This document shows positions 27,354 through 37,246 of a DNA stretch of 64,000 bases, piece after piece (the stretch's first letter is position 1; the number at the start of each line of letters is the position of its first letter). Under the pieces are notes generated by a model that saw nothing but the letters and a program-made list of their open reading frames with translations, was not told where the DNA came from and ran no database searches. The stretch is from an uncultured Acidimicrobiia bacterium (GTDB lineage: Bacteria > Actinomycetota > Acidimicrobiia > Spongiisociales > ZC4RG35): contig CAXMOW010000004.1 of assembly GCA_964195235.1 (NCBI GenBank), positions 12,622 to 76,621 on the forward strand. Direction: 5' to 3'. Position numbers and translations under genes: made by a program.

Positions 27354-27396
27354 GTGCGTGCGCACAGAGGCGTACATGGTGCGCATATGTGCGCAC
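27354..27396. promoter_or_regulatory. three direct GTGCGCA copies in a divergent promoter region
   Basis: The copies start at 27358, 27379 and 27389 (spacings 21 and 10 nt), between the divergent genes at 27336 and 27432. Confidence 0.3.
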
Positions 27397-27431
27397 GCAG
27401 GAGTTGAACGCACACACTCATGGATTGAAGA

Positions 27432-29378
27432 TTGGATAAGCTCCCATTCTTGACCCTAGATACCGACACAGTCGCGGGCCTGGAGGCCTACGAGCGTCAC
27501 GACTGGGAACAGGCATACCGCTTTCTCAGTCCGTTGCTGGACTCTGAGAAAGAGACCCCTCAAATAGCCGAGGCCCTCGGGTCGGCGTCCTGGTGGTTAG
27601 GCGATATCGAAACCACGGTCAATGCCCGGCAAAAGGCATACGCTCTCTACATAGCGGCGGGACGGAAAGTTGATGCCTCCCGTGCCGCGATTCAGCTGGC
27701 AGAGGATCACATGCTGATTCTTCAGCCATCTACTGCCAGCGGTTGGCTGAGCAAGGCTCGCAGTCTCCTCGATGGTGTTCCCGTCGTCGTCGAGCATGGC
27801 CATCTGATGAGGTTGGAGGGGGTGCTTGCCGACAGTCTCAACGATGCCATCGATCTGTCGGTAAAGGTGCACCAAATCGGTGTTGAGCTGGGAGACGTTG
27901 ACCTCGAGATGCTTGGCCTTCATGACCGCGGTCGGTTTCTGGTGGCCTCGGGAGAGGTTGAGAGTGGCATGGCCATGATGGAAGAGGCGATGATCAGCGC
28001 AGTTGCCGGCGAACTCAGCCCGAAGGTGACTGGCCGGATCTTCTGCAACATGATCGAGACCTGCGCGTCGATGGCCGACTACAAACGGGCAATCGAATGG
28101 AGCGACCAGACGATGCGCTGGTGCGAAGGGATGGGCAACGCTGGGGGCTACCCGGGCGTCTGTCGGGTCAGACGTTCAGAGTTCATGAGGCTGCGTGGGG
28201 CATGGTCGGAGGCTGAGAATGAGGCAAAGAGGGCTGTCGACGACCTTGTCAACACTAGGCCCTACATGGGGGAGGCTTTCGACGAGTTGGGCATGGTGAG
28301 ACTCAACATGGGCGATTTCGAAGGGGCCGAGGAGGCGTTCCACAAGGCCCACTCCCTTGGTTCAAGCTCGATGCCCGGGCTTGCATTGATAAAACTTGCT
28401 CAAGGTGCAGCCGCAGAGGGTCTGTCGATGATCCAGTCACGACTTGACTCAACCGAGGGGTTGACAGCACGAATGAAGCTCTTGCCCGCAGCCGTGGAGA
28501 TCGCACTGGGTGCCGCCGACCTGGCAGCAGCTGACGAGCATGCTTCCGAGTTGAAGAGTCTCGTCGACCGTTATGACTCTGATGTCATGAGGGCCTTTTC
28601 TCTCCAGAGTGAGGGACGGGTGGCAGCTGCCAAAAACCAAACCGGCGATGCTGCACCACTCTTCCAGAAGGCCGTGGACCTTTTGTTGGCGAGTGGTCTG
28701 CCCTTTGAGGCAGCTCGGGCGAGGGTTGATCTCGGCAGGGCTTTGACGCTGACAGGCTCGCAGAGTTCGGGCCGGCTGGAGATCGAGGCGGCAAAAGCCG
28801 AATTCGAGTTTCTGGGGGCTCAGGCAGAACTCGATCTCCTCGCGGAAACACCAACCGATCGGGGCGCATCCGGGCGACGAGAAGATGTCGTCACCATGAT
28901 GTTCACCGACATCGTGCGATCGACTGACCTGGTCGGCGTCATCGGCGATGATTCGTGGGCCGACCTGATCGCCTGGCATGACCGGACCATTCGCGTTTTG
29001 ATCGGTGAGCACTCCGGGAGCGAGATCGATCATGCCGGCGATGGGTTCTTCGTCTCGTTCGACTCAGCAGGGAAGGCCGTGGAGTGCGCGGCTCAGATTC
29101 AGAGGGTTTTGCGTCGGCACCGAAAGGAAGAAGGGTTCTCGCCGCGGGTGAGAATCGGGATCCACAGCGGACAGGTGCTCCGATCAGAGGAGGGGCTAGT
29201 GGGTCACCAGGTTCACATCGCAGCGAGGGTGGCGGCGGCGTGCGAAGGTGATGAAGTGCTCGTAACACTGGAGACTATGGAACAGACTCTCGGCTTCGTA
29301 TTGGAAAACGAGCGTTCAATAACAGTTGACGGTTTAGCGGAGCCTTTGGTCGTGGGATCGTTGTCCTGGAACGAATGA
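27432..29378 (+). CDS. class III adenylate/guanylate cyclase with a large N-terminal TPR-like helical domain
   Basis: The C-terminal VVTMMFTDIVRSTDL...HAGDGFFVSF...RIGIHSGQV is the cyclase catalytic domain. TTG start. Confidence 0.8.
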   Translation: MDKLPFLTLDTDTVAGLEAYERHDWEQAYRFLSPLLDSEKETPQIAEALGSASWWLGDIETTVNARQKAYALYIAAGRKVDASRAAIQLAEDHMLILQPSTASGWLSKARSLLDGVPVVVEHGHLMRLEGVLADSLNDAIDLSVKVHQIGVELGDVDLEMLGLHDRGRFLVASGEVESGMAMMEEAMISAVAGELSPKVTGRIFCNMIETCASMADYKRAIEWSDQTMRWCEGMGNAGGYPGVCRVRRSEFMRLRGAWSEAENEAKRAVDDLVNTRPYMGEAFDELGMVRLNMGDFEGAEEAFHKAHSLGSSSMPGLALIKLAQGAAAEGLSMIQSRLDSTEGLTARMKLLPAAVEIALGAADLAAADEHASELKSLVDRYDSDVMRAFSLQSEGRVAAAKNQTGDAAPLFQKAVDLLLASGLPFEAARARVDLGRALTLTGSQSSGRLEIEAAKAEFEFLGAQAELDLLAETPTDRGASGRREDVVTMMFTDIVRSTDLVGVIGDDSWADLIAWHDRTIRVLIGEHSGSEIDHAGDGFFVSFDSAGKAVECAAQIQRVLRRHRKEEGFSPRVRIGIHSGQVLRSEEGLVGHQVHIAARVAAACEGDEVLVTLETMEQTLGFVLENERSITVDGLAEPLVVGSLSWNE

Positions 29379-29439
29379 TTGTTCGGGCGAGGCGCTCCAT
29401 CCCGGGGTAGCCTCAAATGGCTCGAGCTCGAAGTAGGAC

Positions 29440-29835
29440 ATGGATCCAGCACAACTCGAAGATCTGCCCCTGTTTTCCGGGCTCTCTCGCCGACAGAGAA
29501 AGACCATCGCTCAACACGCCGACGAGGTTGAAGTCGCCCGCGGTGTCAAACTTGTCGAACAAGATCGTCTAGCCAACGAGCTTTACGTCATAAAGACAGG
29601 ATCGGCCGACGTGTTCGACGGAGATGACTTGATCAACCGGCTTGGTCCGGGGGACATTGTGGGCGAGATCGGTGTTCTGGAGACACACAAGAGGACCGCC
29701 ACCGTGATCGCTACCAGCAACATCTCGGCTGTTGTGATGTATGGCCCTGAGCTCACTGCACTGAAAGACTCCGTTCCTGGTTTGTTTGCGGATCTCGAGG
29801 AGTTGATCCGGTCACGTCTCCACGGAGACACATAA
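29440..29835 (+). CDS. stand-alone cyclic nucleotide-binding domain protein
   Basis: LYVIKTGSADVF...GDIVGEIGVLETHKRTATVIA is the cNMP-binding signature. 131 aa. Confidence 0.75.
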   Translation: MDPAQLEDLPLFSGLSRRQRKTIAQHADEVEVARGVKLVEQDRLANELYVIKTGSADVFDGDDLINRLGPGDIVGEIGVLETHKRTATVIATSNISAVVMYGPELTALKDSVPGLFADLEELIRSRLHGDT

Positions 29836-29891
29836 GCGCCAGTCAAGACCGAAGTCGCTCAACTCACGTCCACAGTTAGCCTGCAACTCGC

Positions 29892-30803
29892 ATGTTCGGA
29901 GCCATCAGCTACCCGCCCATTCCCATCTGGGATGTCGGGCCATTCGCGTTCTCGCTACATGGAGTGTTCGCCGCGCTCGGGTTTCTTGCCGGTGCACTGT
30001 TGGCCACACGAGAGTTGCGAAAACGGGGCTACGACGTCCTCAAATACCAGTCGGCGCTCACTTGGGGTCTGATCGGCGCCCTTCTCGGTGCGCGGTATCT
30101 CACGGCTCCCGCTGCAATTATGAACGGCACGCCGATTCTCGAGGCTCTCAACCCGATCTCAGGCAATTTCTCGATATTGGGTGGTTTTCTCGGAGGAATC
30201 GCGGCCGGTTCCTGGCGAATGAAACAGGTCGAGTTGTCGGTCTGGCCGACCCTGGATATGTCCGCCTTCGGGTTGGCCCTGGGAACAGTCGTCGGACGAT
30301 TCGGGGATATCGCCATCGTCGAGCACCTTGGTCGGATTACTGATGTCGCGTGGGGTTATGGAGTGAAACCGGGTTACATCCTGGCCCCCCAACACACCAG
30401 ACTCCAGTGCGCTGAGTCGGCCAATCTGGTAGACGGGTTCTGTCCCTACCCCGGAGATGTTGCGGTCGCTGGCATCTACCACCACGTCGCGGTGTACGAC
30501 TTGATCGGCGCAGCCATCCTGCTCGGCGTCCTCTACTTCGTACGCAGCCGCTTCCGGTTGCACTACGGCCAGCTCTTCTTTCTCTGGGTTGCCTGGTATG
30601 GACTCCAGAGGTTTGTTCTCGACTTCATGCGCTTCGGTATGGGTGACGCCGAAATCGGGAGTTTCACCTGGAATCAGATCAGCGGCTTAGGGGCCGGGAT
30701 TGGTGGTCTAGTCCTGGTGTGGCTGATGGGTCGCAGAGAGTCGCTCGTCAGCGATGAGGAAGACGCCCTCAGGGGCGCCGTCCTCGAGTCCGCCCCCGCC
30801 TAG
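29892..30803 (+). CDS. lgt: prolipoprotein diacylglyceryl transferase
   Basis: It has the family topology, the GRFGDIAIVEHLG segment (GRxGN-like motif region) and a conserved N-terminal H/Y region. Confidence 0.8.
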   Translation: MFGAISYPPIPIWDVGPFAFSLHGVFAALGFLAGALLATRELRKRGYDVLKYQSALTWGLIGALLGARYLTAPAAIMNGTPILEALNPISGNFSILGGFLGGIAAGSWRMKQVELSVWPTLDMSAFGLALGTVVGRFGDIAIVEHLGRITDVAWGYGVKPGYILAPQHTRLQCAESANLVDGFCPYPGDVAVAGIYHHVAVYDLIGAAILLGVLYFVRSRFRLHYGQLFFLWVAWYGLQRFVLDFMRFGMGDAEIGSFTWNQISGLGAGIGGLVLVWLMGRRESLVSDEEDALRGAVLESAPA

Positions 30804-30815
30804 TGGTTTAGTGGC

Positions 30816-31598
30816 CTAAACGGCGTTCTTCTCGTCTCGCCAGGCAAGCCATTCGGCAACGGGTGCCAGGTCGTAGTTGGTATCACCATCAAATCCCAGT
30901 GTGATGAAGGTGGCCCCCGCCTCGTATAGATCGTCAGCTGTCTCCGGTTTCGCCGGGGTAGCTCCCGCAGATCGCTCGATCTCCCCTGGCTCGCGTCCAA
31001 TGTCGACACAGTGGTTGTCGAGAACCTGATTCTTGTGGCGGATCACATCGGCGCCGCCAAAGCCATGCCAGATGTGGGCGTATTCGGCGGTGTAGCGAAG
31101 TGTCTTCTTCTCCCCACCACCCCCGATGAGGATCGGGATGTCACGAGTAGGGGCAGGGTTCAGTTTCGACCAGCGATCGGTGATTCGGGGAAGGGCCTGC
31201 CGCAAGTCGGCGAGCCGTGACCCTGGCGTGCCGAAGTCGTAGCCGTATTCGTCGTAGTCCTTCTCGAACCATCCGGCACCGATGCCGAAGATGAGCCTGC
31301 CCTCCGAGGCGTGGTCAACCGTGCGTGCCATGTCAGCCAAGAGCTCAGGGTTGCGGTAAGAGTTGCAAGTGACCAGAGCACCGATTTCGACCCTTTCGGT
31401 GATCTCGGCCCACGAGCCGAGCATGGTCCAGCATTCGAAGTGCCTTCCGTCAGGATTCCCAAAGAGCGGGAAGAAATGATCCCAGTTGAAAATGGCGTCG
31501 ACCCCCATCTCCTCAGCGCGGACGACTGCGGACCTGATGTCGGAATAGTCGGCGTGTTGTGGCGGTAGGCCAACTCCGATGCGAACGGGATGTGTCAT
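30816..31598 (-). CDS. LLM-class (luciferase-like) F420-dependent oxidoreductase
   Basis: FNWDHFFP, SYRNPELLADMARTVDHASEGRLIFGIGAGW and ILIGGGGEKKTLR are typical of this class. Confidence 0.7.
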   Translation of the reverse strand: MTHPVRIGVGLPPQHADYSDIRSAVVRAEEMGVDAIFNWDHFFPLFGNPDGRHFECWTMLGSWAEITERVEIGALVTCNSYRNPELLADMARTVDHASEGRLIFGIGAGWFEKDYDEYGYDFGTPGSRLADLRQALPRITDRWSKLNPAPTRDIPILIGGGGEKKTLRYTAEYAHIWHGFGGADVIRHKNQVLDNHCVDIGREPGEIERSAGATPAKPETADDLYEAGATFITLGFDGDTNYDLAPVAEWLAWRDEKNAV

Positions 31599-31628
31599 AG
31601 GGCTCCTGGCTCGGTGGGGTCGGGAACC

Positions 31629-32765
31629 TTAGACCTCGATCCCGTGCATCGAATCCACAATCAGCGCGTCCACTACGGCTTTCAGGGCTTCAGACTCGGA
31701 AGCCCCTTCTTCGAGAGTGGCCGTGTAGGTGGCGAGTTGACGATGCGCTGATGTCCCATGTTGAACAATGTCTCGGGCGTGCCTAATTTCTTCTCTGACG
31801 TCGAACTGGACGGCGTCCTGGGCCAGGATCTCGATGAATTCTTCGATCAGCTCATTCATCGGGACGAGCTTGCCCTTCCCAAAATCCACGAGGGACCCGT
31901 CGGTGCCATATCGTTGGGCCCGCCATATGTTCTCTTCGATCATGCCCGGCGAGTAGACGCGCCACTTCTGATTGTTGCGGCGGAGCCTGTAGAGGTACCC
32001 GAGAAGACATTGGTAGAGGGCGGCGATGGTCATTGCATCGTCGAGACGTGTGCATACGTCGCTGACACGCATCTCGAGTGTCGGAAATCGAACGGATGGC
32101 CGTATATCCCACCACAACTTTGTGGCGTCCTCGATCAACCCCGCTTCCACCAGGACGTCCACGTAACGCTCGTATTCGCCCCACGAGTCGAATTCCTCGG
32201 GGATGCCCGTCCTCGGCATGTTCTGGAAGATGACCAGCCGATAGGCATGCAGACCAGTAGGGCTTCCATCCCAAAACGGGGAAGACGTGCTCAACGCAAG
32301 CATGTGGGGAAGCATGTATTTGACCTGATTCATCAGATCAATTCGGAGATCTGGGTTCTCGATGCCCACATGCACATGCATCCCACATATGACCAGCTGT
32401 CGCGCCACCTGCTGAAAGTCGGCTGCGAGACGCAAATAGCGGTCATCTTCAGTGGTCTCCTGATGTGCCCAGTTCGCGAACGGATGAGTAGATGCGGCGA
32501 TGATCGCGCCGCCGTACTCGCTGACCACTCCATTCAGGTCACGACGGAGCTGGGCAACCTCATCGCGGGCTTCAGAGATCTTGGTGCAGACACCGGTCCG
32601 AATTTCGATTTGGGCTTTGAGGAACTCGTGAGTGGCCGCCTCGCCCACAACCTCGTTGATTGTCTCCCACATCGCCTGAGGGGGACTCTTGATCAAGTCT
32701 CGAGTCGCCCTGTCGACGACCAGGTATTCCTCTTCGACTCCGACGGTGAATGCGGGACGTTCCAT
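31629..32765 (-). CDS. carboxylate-amine ligase (GCS2 / YbdK family)
   Basis: ATG at 32765 (MERPAFTVGVEEEYLVVD). GMHVHVG and SSPFW motifs are present. Confidence 0.85.
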   Translation of the reverse strand: MERPAFTVGVEEEYLVVDRATRDLIKSPPQAMWETINEVVGEAATHEFLKAQIEIRTGVCTKISEARDEVAQLRRDLNGVVSEYGGAIIAASTHPFANWAHQETTEDDRYLRLAADFQQVARQLVICGMHVHVGIENPDLRIDLMNQVKYMLPHMLALSTSSPFWDGSPTGLHAYRLVIFQNMPRTGIPEEFDSWGEYERYVDVLVEAGLIEDATKLWWDIRPSVRFPTLEMRVSDVCTRLDDAMTIAALYQCLLGYLYRLRRNNQKWRVYSPGMIEENIWRAQRYGTDGSLVDFGKGKLVPMNELIEEFIEILAQDAVQFDVREEIRHARDIVQHGTSAHRQLATYTATLEEGASESEALKAVVDALIVDSMHGIEV

Positions 32766-32775
32766 GGGCGAGAAG

Positions 32776-33375
32776 CTAGTGGTCCATCTGGCCTCGTCGC
32801 TCTTGGGCGCATTCCTCGCGGACGTGGCACCCGTCGAGGTGGTCGTTGACCAGACCCATGGCCTGCATAAAGGCATAGACGGTGGTCGGACCGACAAACG
32901 ACCAGCCCCGCGTCTTCAGGTCCTTGGATAGTGCAGTTGAGGTGGCGGTGATCGCAGGAATCTCGGTTGGGGTTGGTGCCTCGGGTTCGGCCCACGACCA
33001 GAAGTAAGACGACAGTGATCCACATTCCTCGACCAGATCGAGGGCGCATTGCGCGTTGTTGATCGCGGATCGGATTTTCCCTTGATGTCGGACGATGCCG
33101 GCGTCGCCGAGGAGTCGTTTTACATCGCCCTCTCCGAACCTGACCACAACTCCAGGATCAAATTGTGCGAAGCCTGCCCTGAAATTATCGCGTTTTCGCA
33201 AGATGGTGAGCCAAGACAACCCCGCCTGAAAACCCTCCAGACAGATCTTCTCGTAAAGACGGTGGTCGTCGATAACGGGATGACCCCATTCATTGTCGTG
33301 ATAGCTCCGGTAGATCTCAGGTTCCGACCCCCACCAGCAGCGGATGATCCCGTCTTCGTTGGTGACCAACTCCAT
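32776..33375 (-). CDS. tag: DNA-3-methyladenine glycosylase I
   Basis: RCWWG...YHDNEWGHP...LEGFQAGLSWLTILRKR are canonical Tag motifs. Confidence 0.9.
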   Translation of the reverse strand: MELVTNEDGIIRCWWGSEPEIYRSYHDNEWGHPVIDDHRLYEKICLEGFQAGLSWLTILRKRDNFRAGFAQFDPGVVVRFGEGDVKRLLGDAGIVRHQGKIRSAINNAQCALDLVEECGSLSSYFWSWAEPEAPTPTEIPAITATSTALSKDLKTRGWSFVGPTTVYAFMQAMGLVNDHLDGCHVREECAQERRGQMDH

Positions 33376-33433
33376 CGGTTGAGTCTTACACGCTGCGGTT
33401 TACCCGGCGTTAGCAACATTGCTCATAATCTGA

Positions 33434-34993
33434 ATGCTCGTGAATACAACGCGAACTCGTGACGCCTTCTCCGGTGCAGCTGCCGCCGGATTGGCCCTTG
33501 GTGTCTCTGAACTCATCGCCGGATTGGTCAGTGGTCTTTCCTCGCTAATCGAGGGTCTGGGCAACTGGGTCATCGACGTGTCCCCAAAGCCGCTCAAGGA
33601 CTTCGCCATTGAGGTTTTTGGGACCAATGACAAGCTGGTCCTCCTCATTTCGATCGGCGTTGTCACGCTTCTTTTCGGTGCAGTGGTGGGGGTATATGCC
33701 CGCAAACGGTTCGGTATCGCGGTCACTGCCTTTATCGGCTTCGCGGTTGCCTCGGCCTTCGCCGCCGCCCGCGACGCTCAGATCTCCCTGGCACTGGCAA
33801 TCATCCCGGCCGGGGTCGCCGCTATCACCGGTCTCGCGGTGCTCCAGTGGCTCTACGGCCTTGGCATGGGAGCAGGCCAAGCGACCGACACCGAGAGCGA
33901 GTCTGGACGGGTTTGGTCGCGTCGTAACTTCATCATCGGTACTGGCGCCGTTTTTGGCCTTGCGGCGGTGTCGGCAGCGAGCGGCAGATGGCTCTTGGAA
34001 ACGGCCAAGCGCGCCGTTGCCCGTCGCAACGAAGTGGTGTTGCCAAGTGCGGCTGTGACCCTCCCGCCGGTGCCGCCGGCCGCCGAGCTGGGCATCGACG
34101 GCCTGGTGCCGATCATCGTGCCCAACGACGACTTCTATCGGATCGATACCGCCTTTGCAGTTCCGACCATCGTTCTCCAGGACTGGACTCTCACGGTGAG
34201 GGGGCGAGTCGACCGTCCTTACACCATCACTTATGCCGATATTCTCGACATGCGCATGGTCGAGATGGATGTAACTCTCTCGTGTGTCTCCAACAGGGTC
34301 GGTGGCACTCTCGTGGGCAATGCTCGGTGGCGAGGGGTTCCGCTTTCCGAGATTCTCGATCGAGCCGGGGTGAGGGATGACGCCGAGCAGATAGTCGGGC
34401 GTTCCACTGACGAGTTCACCGTTGGATTCCCCTTGGAAACTGCATACGACGGTCGTGATGCGCTAGTCGCAGTAGGAATGAATGGCGATCCTCTTCCCTT
34501 TGAACACGGGTTCCCTGCTCGTCTCGTTGTGGCAGGTTTGTACGGATATGTGTCCGCTACCAAGTGGCTGACGGAGATCGAATTGACTGGTTGGGACAAC
34601 TTTGATGCCTACTGGGTCCCCAGGGGCTGGTCAAAAGAAGGGCCGATCAAGACGCAAAGCCGGGTCGACACTCCACATAACGCGGAACGGATCACAACTG
34701 AGCCGCGCACTGTTGCTGGAGTTGCATGGGCACCCGATCGCGGAATCTCCAATGTCGAGGTTCAGTTGGGTGAAGGTGAACCGTGGAGGGAGGCCGAGTT
34801 GTCAGAACCGCTGTCGGTCAGCAGTTGGGTTCAGTGGCAAATCCCATGGGCCCCGTCTGTAGTTGGCCGGAATGTGATCACATGTCGAGCGACCGATGGC
34901 GACGGTGTGCTTCAGGACGAGATGGTGCGCCCACCCGCTCCCAATGGCGCCACGGGTTGGCACGCCCAACCTGTCCTCGTCGAAGAGGCTTAA
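33434..34993 (+). CDS. membrane-anchored molybdopterin-dependent oxidoreductase (sulfite-oxidase fold)
   Basis: N-terminal TM helices are followed by TLSCVSNRVGG (Mo-ligand Cys region), GFPARLVVAGLYGYVSATKWL and a C-terminal Ig-like dimerisation domain. Confidence 0.8.
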   Translation: MLVNTTRTRDAFSGAAAAGLALGVSELIAGLVSGLSSLIEGLGNWVIDVSPKPLKDFAIEVFGTNDKLVLLISIGVVTLLFGAVVGVYARKRFGIAVTAFIGFAVASAFAAARDAQISLALAIIPAGVAAITGLAVLQWLYGLGMGAGQATDTESESGRVWSRRNFIIGTGAVFGLAAVSAASGRWLLETAKRAVARRNEVVLPSAAVTLPPVPPAAELGIDGLVPIIVPNDDFYRIDTAFAVPTIVLQDWTLTVRGRVDRPYTITYADILDMRMVEMDVTLSCVSNRVGGTLVGNARWRGVPLSEILDRAGVRDDAEQIVGRSTDEFTVGFPLETAYDGRDALVAVGMNGDPLPFEHGFPARLVVAGLYGYVSATKWLTEIELTGWDNFDAYWVPRGWSKEGPIKTQSRVDTPHNAERITTEPRTVAGVAWAPDRGISNVEVQLGEGEPWREAELSEPLSVSSWVQWQIPWAPSVVGRNVITCRATDGDGVLQDEMVRPPAPNGATGWHAQPVLVEEA

Positions 34994-35052
34994 TGAGCTA
35001 GTCGGCGCGTCTAACAAGCCGGACCGGATCATTCGTCGGCCCGATTTGATCG

Positions 35053-36015
35053 TCAGTCGGCAGAGTCAACCGCCGATACCGCCCATGCAAGACCCGAATC
35101 AGGGTCTTCGATGGTAATTCTCAGCTGCCAACCCGTTCCAGGTGCACTGTCGTCGAACCAAAAGAAACCAAGACGACCAACGGCTGCTGCGAATTCGTGA
35201 GGGTCCGGCGGCCAGTCGAGGTCACAGAGCATGGCTACAACCCACCACGCCCCATAGCGACCCGCGGCGGCGCCTCGACGTCTTCCATGAGCGCCACCGG
35301 AGGCGCCCGCCCAGGCCATCCATGCGAAGGCGTCATCGGGGCGTAGCTGCGTCATCCGCGCCCGGCTGAGACCCAGGGCCCTCACCGCGTTGGTTGCGGA
35401 GCCTTCGACTGTGACGGTCTCGCAGCGTCCGTTGGATTCGGTTGTCCATGCCTGGACCAAGTCAGAAAGTGCTGATTCTGAATCGTGGTCGTCGACGATT
35501 ACCGGATCTTCTCCCAAATCGACCGGCTGAGTTTTGGGCGGATTGGGAGACGGCGCCTCGAGCTTGTCCGACTTGTAGGTAGCCAACGCATATGAAGGCT
35601 CCCATTCCTGGAGGCGAGCAGGTAAATCTGCCACCTCGTCGACGTTGAGTTCTCCACGGATAGCTCGCTCGGCGGCGAAAGTTGCCCGTTCGGGCCCATG
35701 CTCGATGTGTGGTTCGAGCTCCCCCCAGGTTTTGGTCGACGAGGCAACCTCAGGTAGCGGACCAAGCGCGAAGCGTGCCGCACCTTCTGCCAAAACCGGG
35801 CCCGCATAGAGGGGCGGGGCCTCGAGCGCCAGTCGGTATCTGATGTGCTCGTCGACACCCCAAAGTTGCTTGCCCCTGGTGACCGCCTCCTGACATCTCA
35901 TGCGCAGCTCGACCAGGTCGTCCCACCCCGCGTTTTCGCAATAGCCGTCGACAACGCGGAGAAGTTCGTCCATGTCGGACACCTCGATGGCCTCGATCGC
36001 TCGCTGGGTGATCAT
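35053..36015 (-). CDS. conserved hypothetical protein
   Basis: Long ORF with coding-like composition. ATG at 36015 overlaps the stop of the rhodanese gene (ATGA). I recognise no family. Confidence 0.45.
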   Translation of the reverse strand: MITQRAIEAIEVSDMDELLRVVDGYCENAGWDDLVELRMRCQEAVTRGKQLWGVDEHIRYRLALEAPPLYAGPVLAEGAARFALGPLPEVASSTKTWGELEPHIEHGPERATFAAERAIRGELNVDEVADLPARLQEWEPSYALATYKSDKLEAPSPNPPKTQPVDLGEDPVIVDDHDSESALSDLVQAWTTESNGRCETVTVEGSATNAVRALGLSRARMTQLRPDDAFAWMAWAGASGGAHGRRRGAAAGRYGAWWVVAMLCDLDWPPDPHEFAAAVGRLGFFWFDDSAPGTGWQLRITIEDPDSGLAWAVSAVDSAD

Positions 36016-36818
36016 GGGTTTTCGCCAATGCTGATTGGCAGATCGAGGTTGGACCACTCCGAGAATGACCCAACGTAGACCTCCGGCATCTCCAGACCGG
36101 CGAGGACCATCGCCAATGCGTTATGACACGCATTTACCCCGCTGCCACACGAGACCACGGTGTTCTCCCCAATACGTTCAAACCGTCGCAGAAGATCGTT
36201 TGAGCCCAGAAACCGACCATCCTCGGCAGTGTTCCCGGTTGCTGGAATGTTGATGGCTGCCGGTATGTGCCCCGCCTTCGGATCGATCGGTTCGTATTCA
36301 CCTCGATAGCGGGCGCTGGCCCGTGCATCGATGTGTGGTCGATCTTCCAACTGGTGACGAGTAGCCACCCCGGTGAACTCCACCTTGGGATATGTGGTGC
36401 CGTTCCTGGTGACGTTTCCAGTGTCGACCGGCCTCCCCTCATCAACCCATCGTTGATAACCGCCGTCGAGGACACGAACCCGTTCGTGACCTATCGATCT
36501 CAACATCCACCACATGCGTGCGGAGACCGTGTTCTTCATGTCGTCGTAGACCACCACTTCGTCCGCTGCACCAATTCCGAGCCGTCCCAAGGTCTCCGCA
36601 AATCCGCTGGGATCGGGCAGAGGGTGCCGTCCCGGACCTGATTCTGAGGCCAGATCGGTGTCGAGGTCGACGAATACGGCACCGGGGACGTGCCCTGTCT
36701 CGTAGGTATGGCGGCCGTAGTTGGGGTCAGTCAGGTCCCATCGAATGTCGTTGAGCACGACCTCGTCGAGACGCTCAGCCAGCTCCGTAGTCGAAATCAG
36801 CGGTTGCATCGTCATCAT
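36012..36818 (-). CDS. thiosulfate/3-mercaptopyruvate sulfurtransferase (tandem rhodanese)
   Basis: Two rhodanese repeats and the active-site loop VSCGSGVNACHN. Confidence 0.85.
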   Translation of the reverse strand: MMTMQPLISTTELAERLDEVVLNDIRWDLTDPNYGRHTYETGHVPGAVFVDLDTDLASESGPGRHPLPDPSGFAETLGRLGIGAADEVVVYDDMKNTVSARMWWMLRSIGHERVRVLDGGYQRWVDEGRPVDTGNVTRNGTTYPKVEFTGVATRHQLEDRPHIDARASARYRGEYEPIDPKAGHIPAAINIPATGNTAEDGRFLGSNDLLRRFERIGENTVVSCGSGVNACHNALAMVLAGLEMPEVYVGSFSEWSNLDLPISIGENP

Positions 36819-36907
36819 TTCAGGACAGCTCGACTCTCTTGTTTTGTGCTATTTGTAGACGCGTTTGGTGGAGGGGGGCCCGGAAGCGAAGACAGGAGTG
36901 GTCTGGC

Positions 36908-37246
36908 TTACTCCTCTTCGGTGAGAGTGCTATCCCTGCGCAACTCGGAGCCGAGGTCGGTGACCGTGGATCCGACCGCGGAAGCGAACGACCCAACCGC
37001 CTCCTTGAGCTGCTCCCTGATTGCAGGGTCTTTCAGTGCGGTTGTGACCGACTCGGCTACCTGATCCCAGGCACCAGCGAGGGTTGCAAAGGCTTGTTTG
37101 ATCTCATCTTCGGAAGGTCCCCGTTCGTCGGCGACCTTTCGATAGGTCTCCTTGAGACGACGACCGATCCCGCTGAACTCGGCTGTCGCCGAATCCCAGG
37201 GGTCGCTGGGTGATTCGGTCGTAGGATCTGAGTCGTGCTTCTCCAC
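36908..37246 (-). CDS. small acidic hypothetical protein
   Basis: 112-aa ORF with no recognisable family. The start codon is uncertain. Confidence 0.35.
   Translation of the reverse strand: MEKHDSDPTTESPSDPWDSATAEFSGIGRRLKETYRKVADERGPSEDEIKQAFATLAGAWDQVAESVTTALKDPAIREQLKEAVGSFASAVGSTVTDLGSELRRDSTLTEEE

Noticed and set aside
37235-37246. 12-nt overlap of divergent start codons (36908-37246 minus and 37235-38107 plus)
   Set aside because: Both starts are just the longest-ORF GTG choices, and the true start of the minus-strand hypothetical gene cannot be fixed from sequence. There is not enough evidence for a real overlap.
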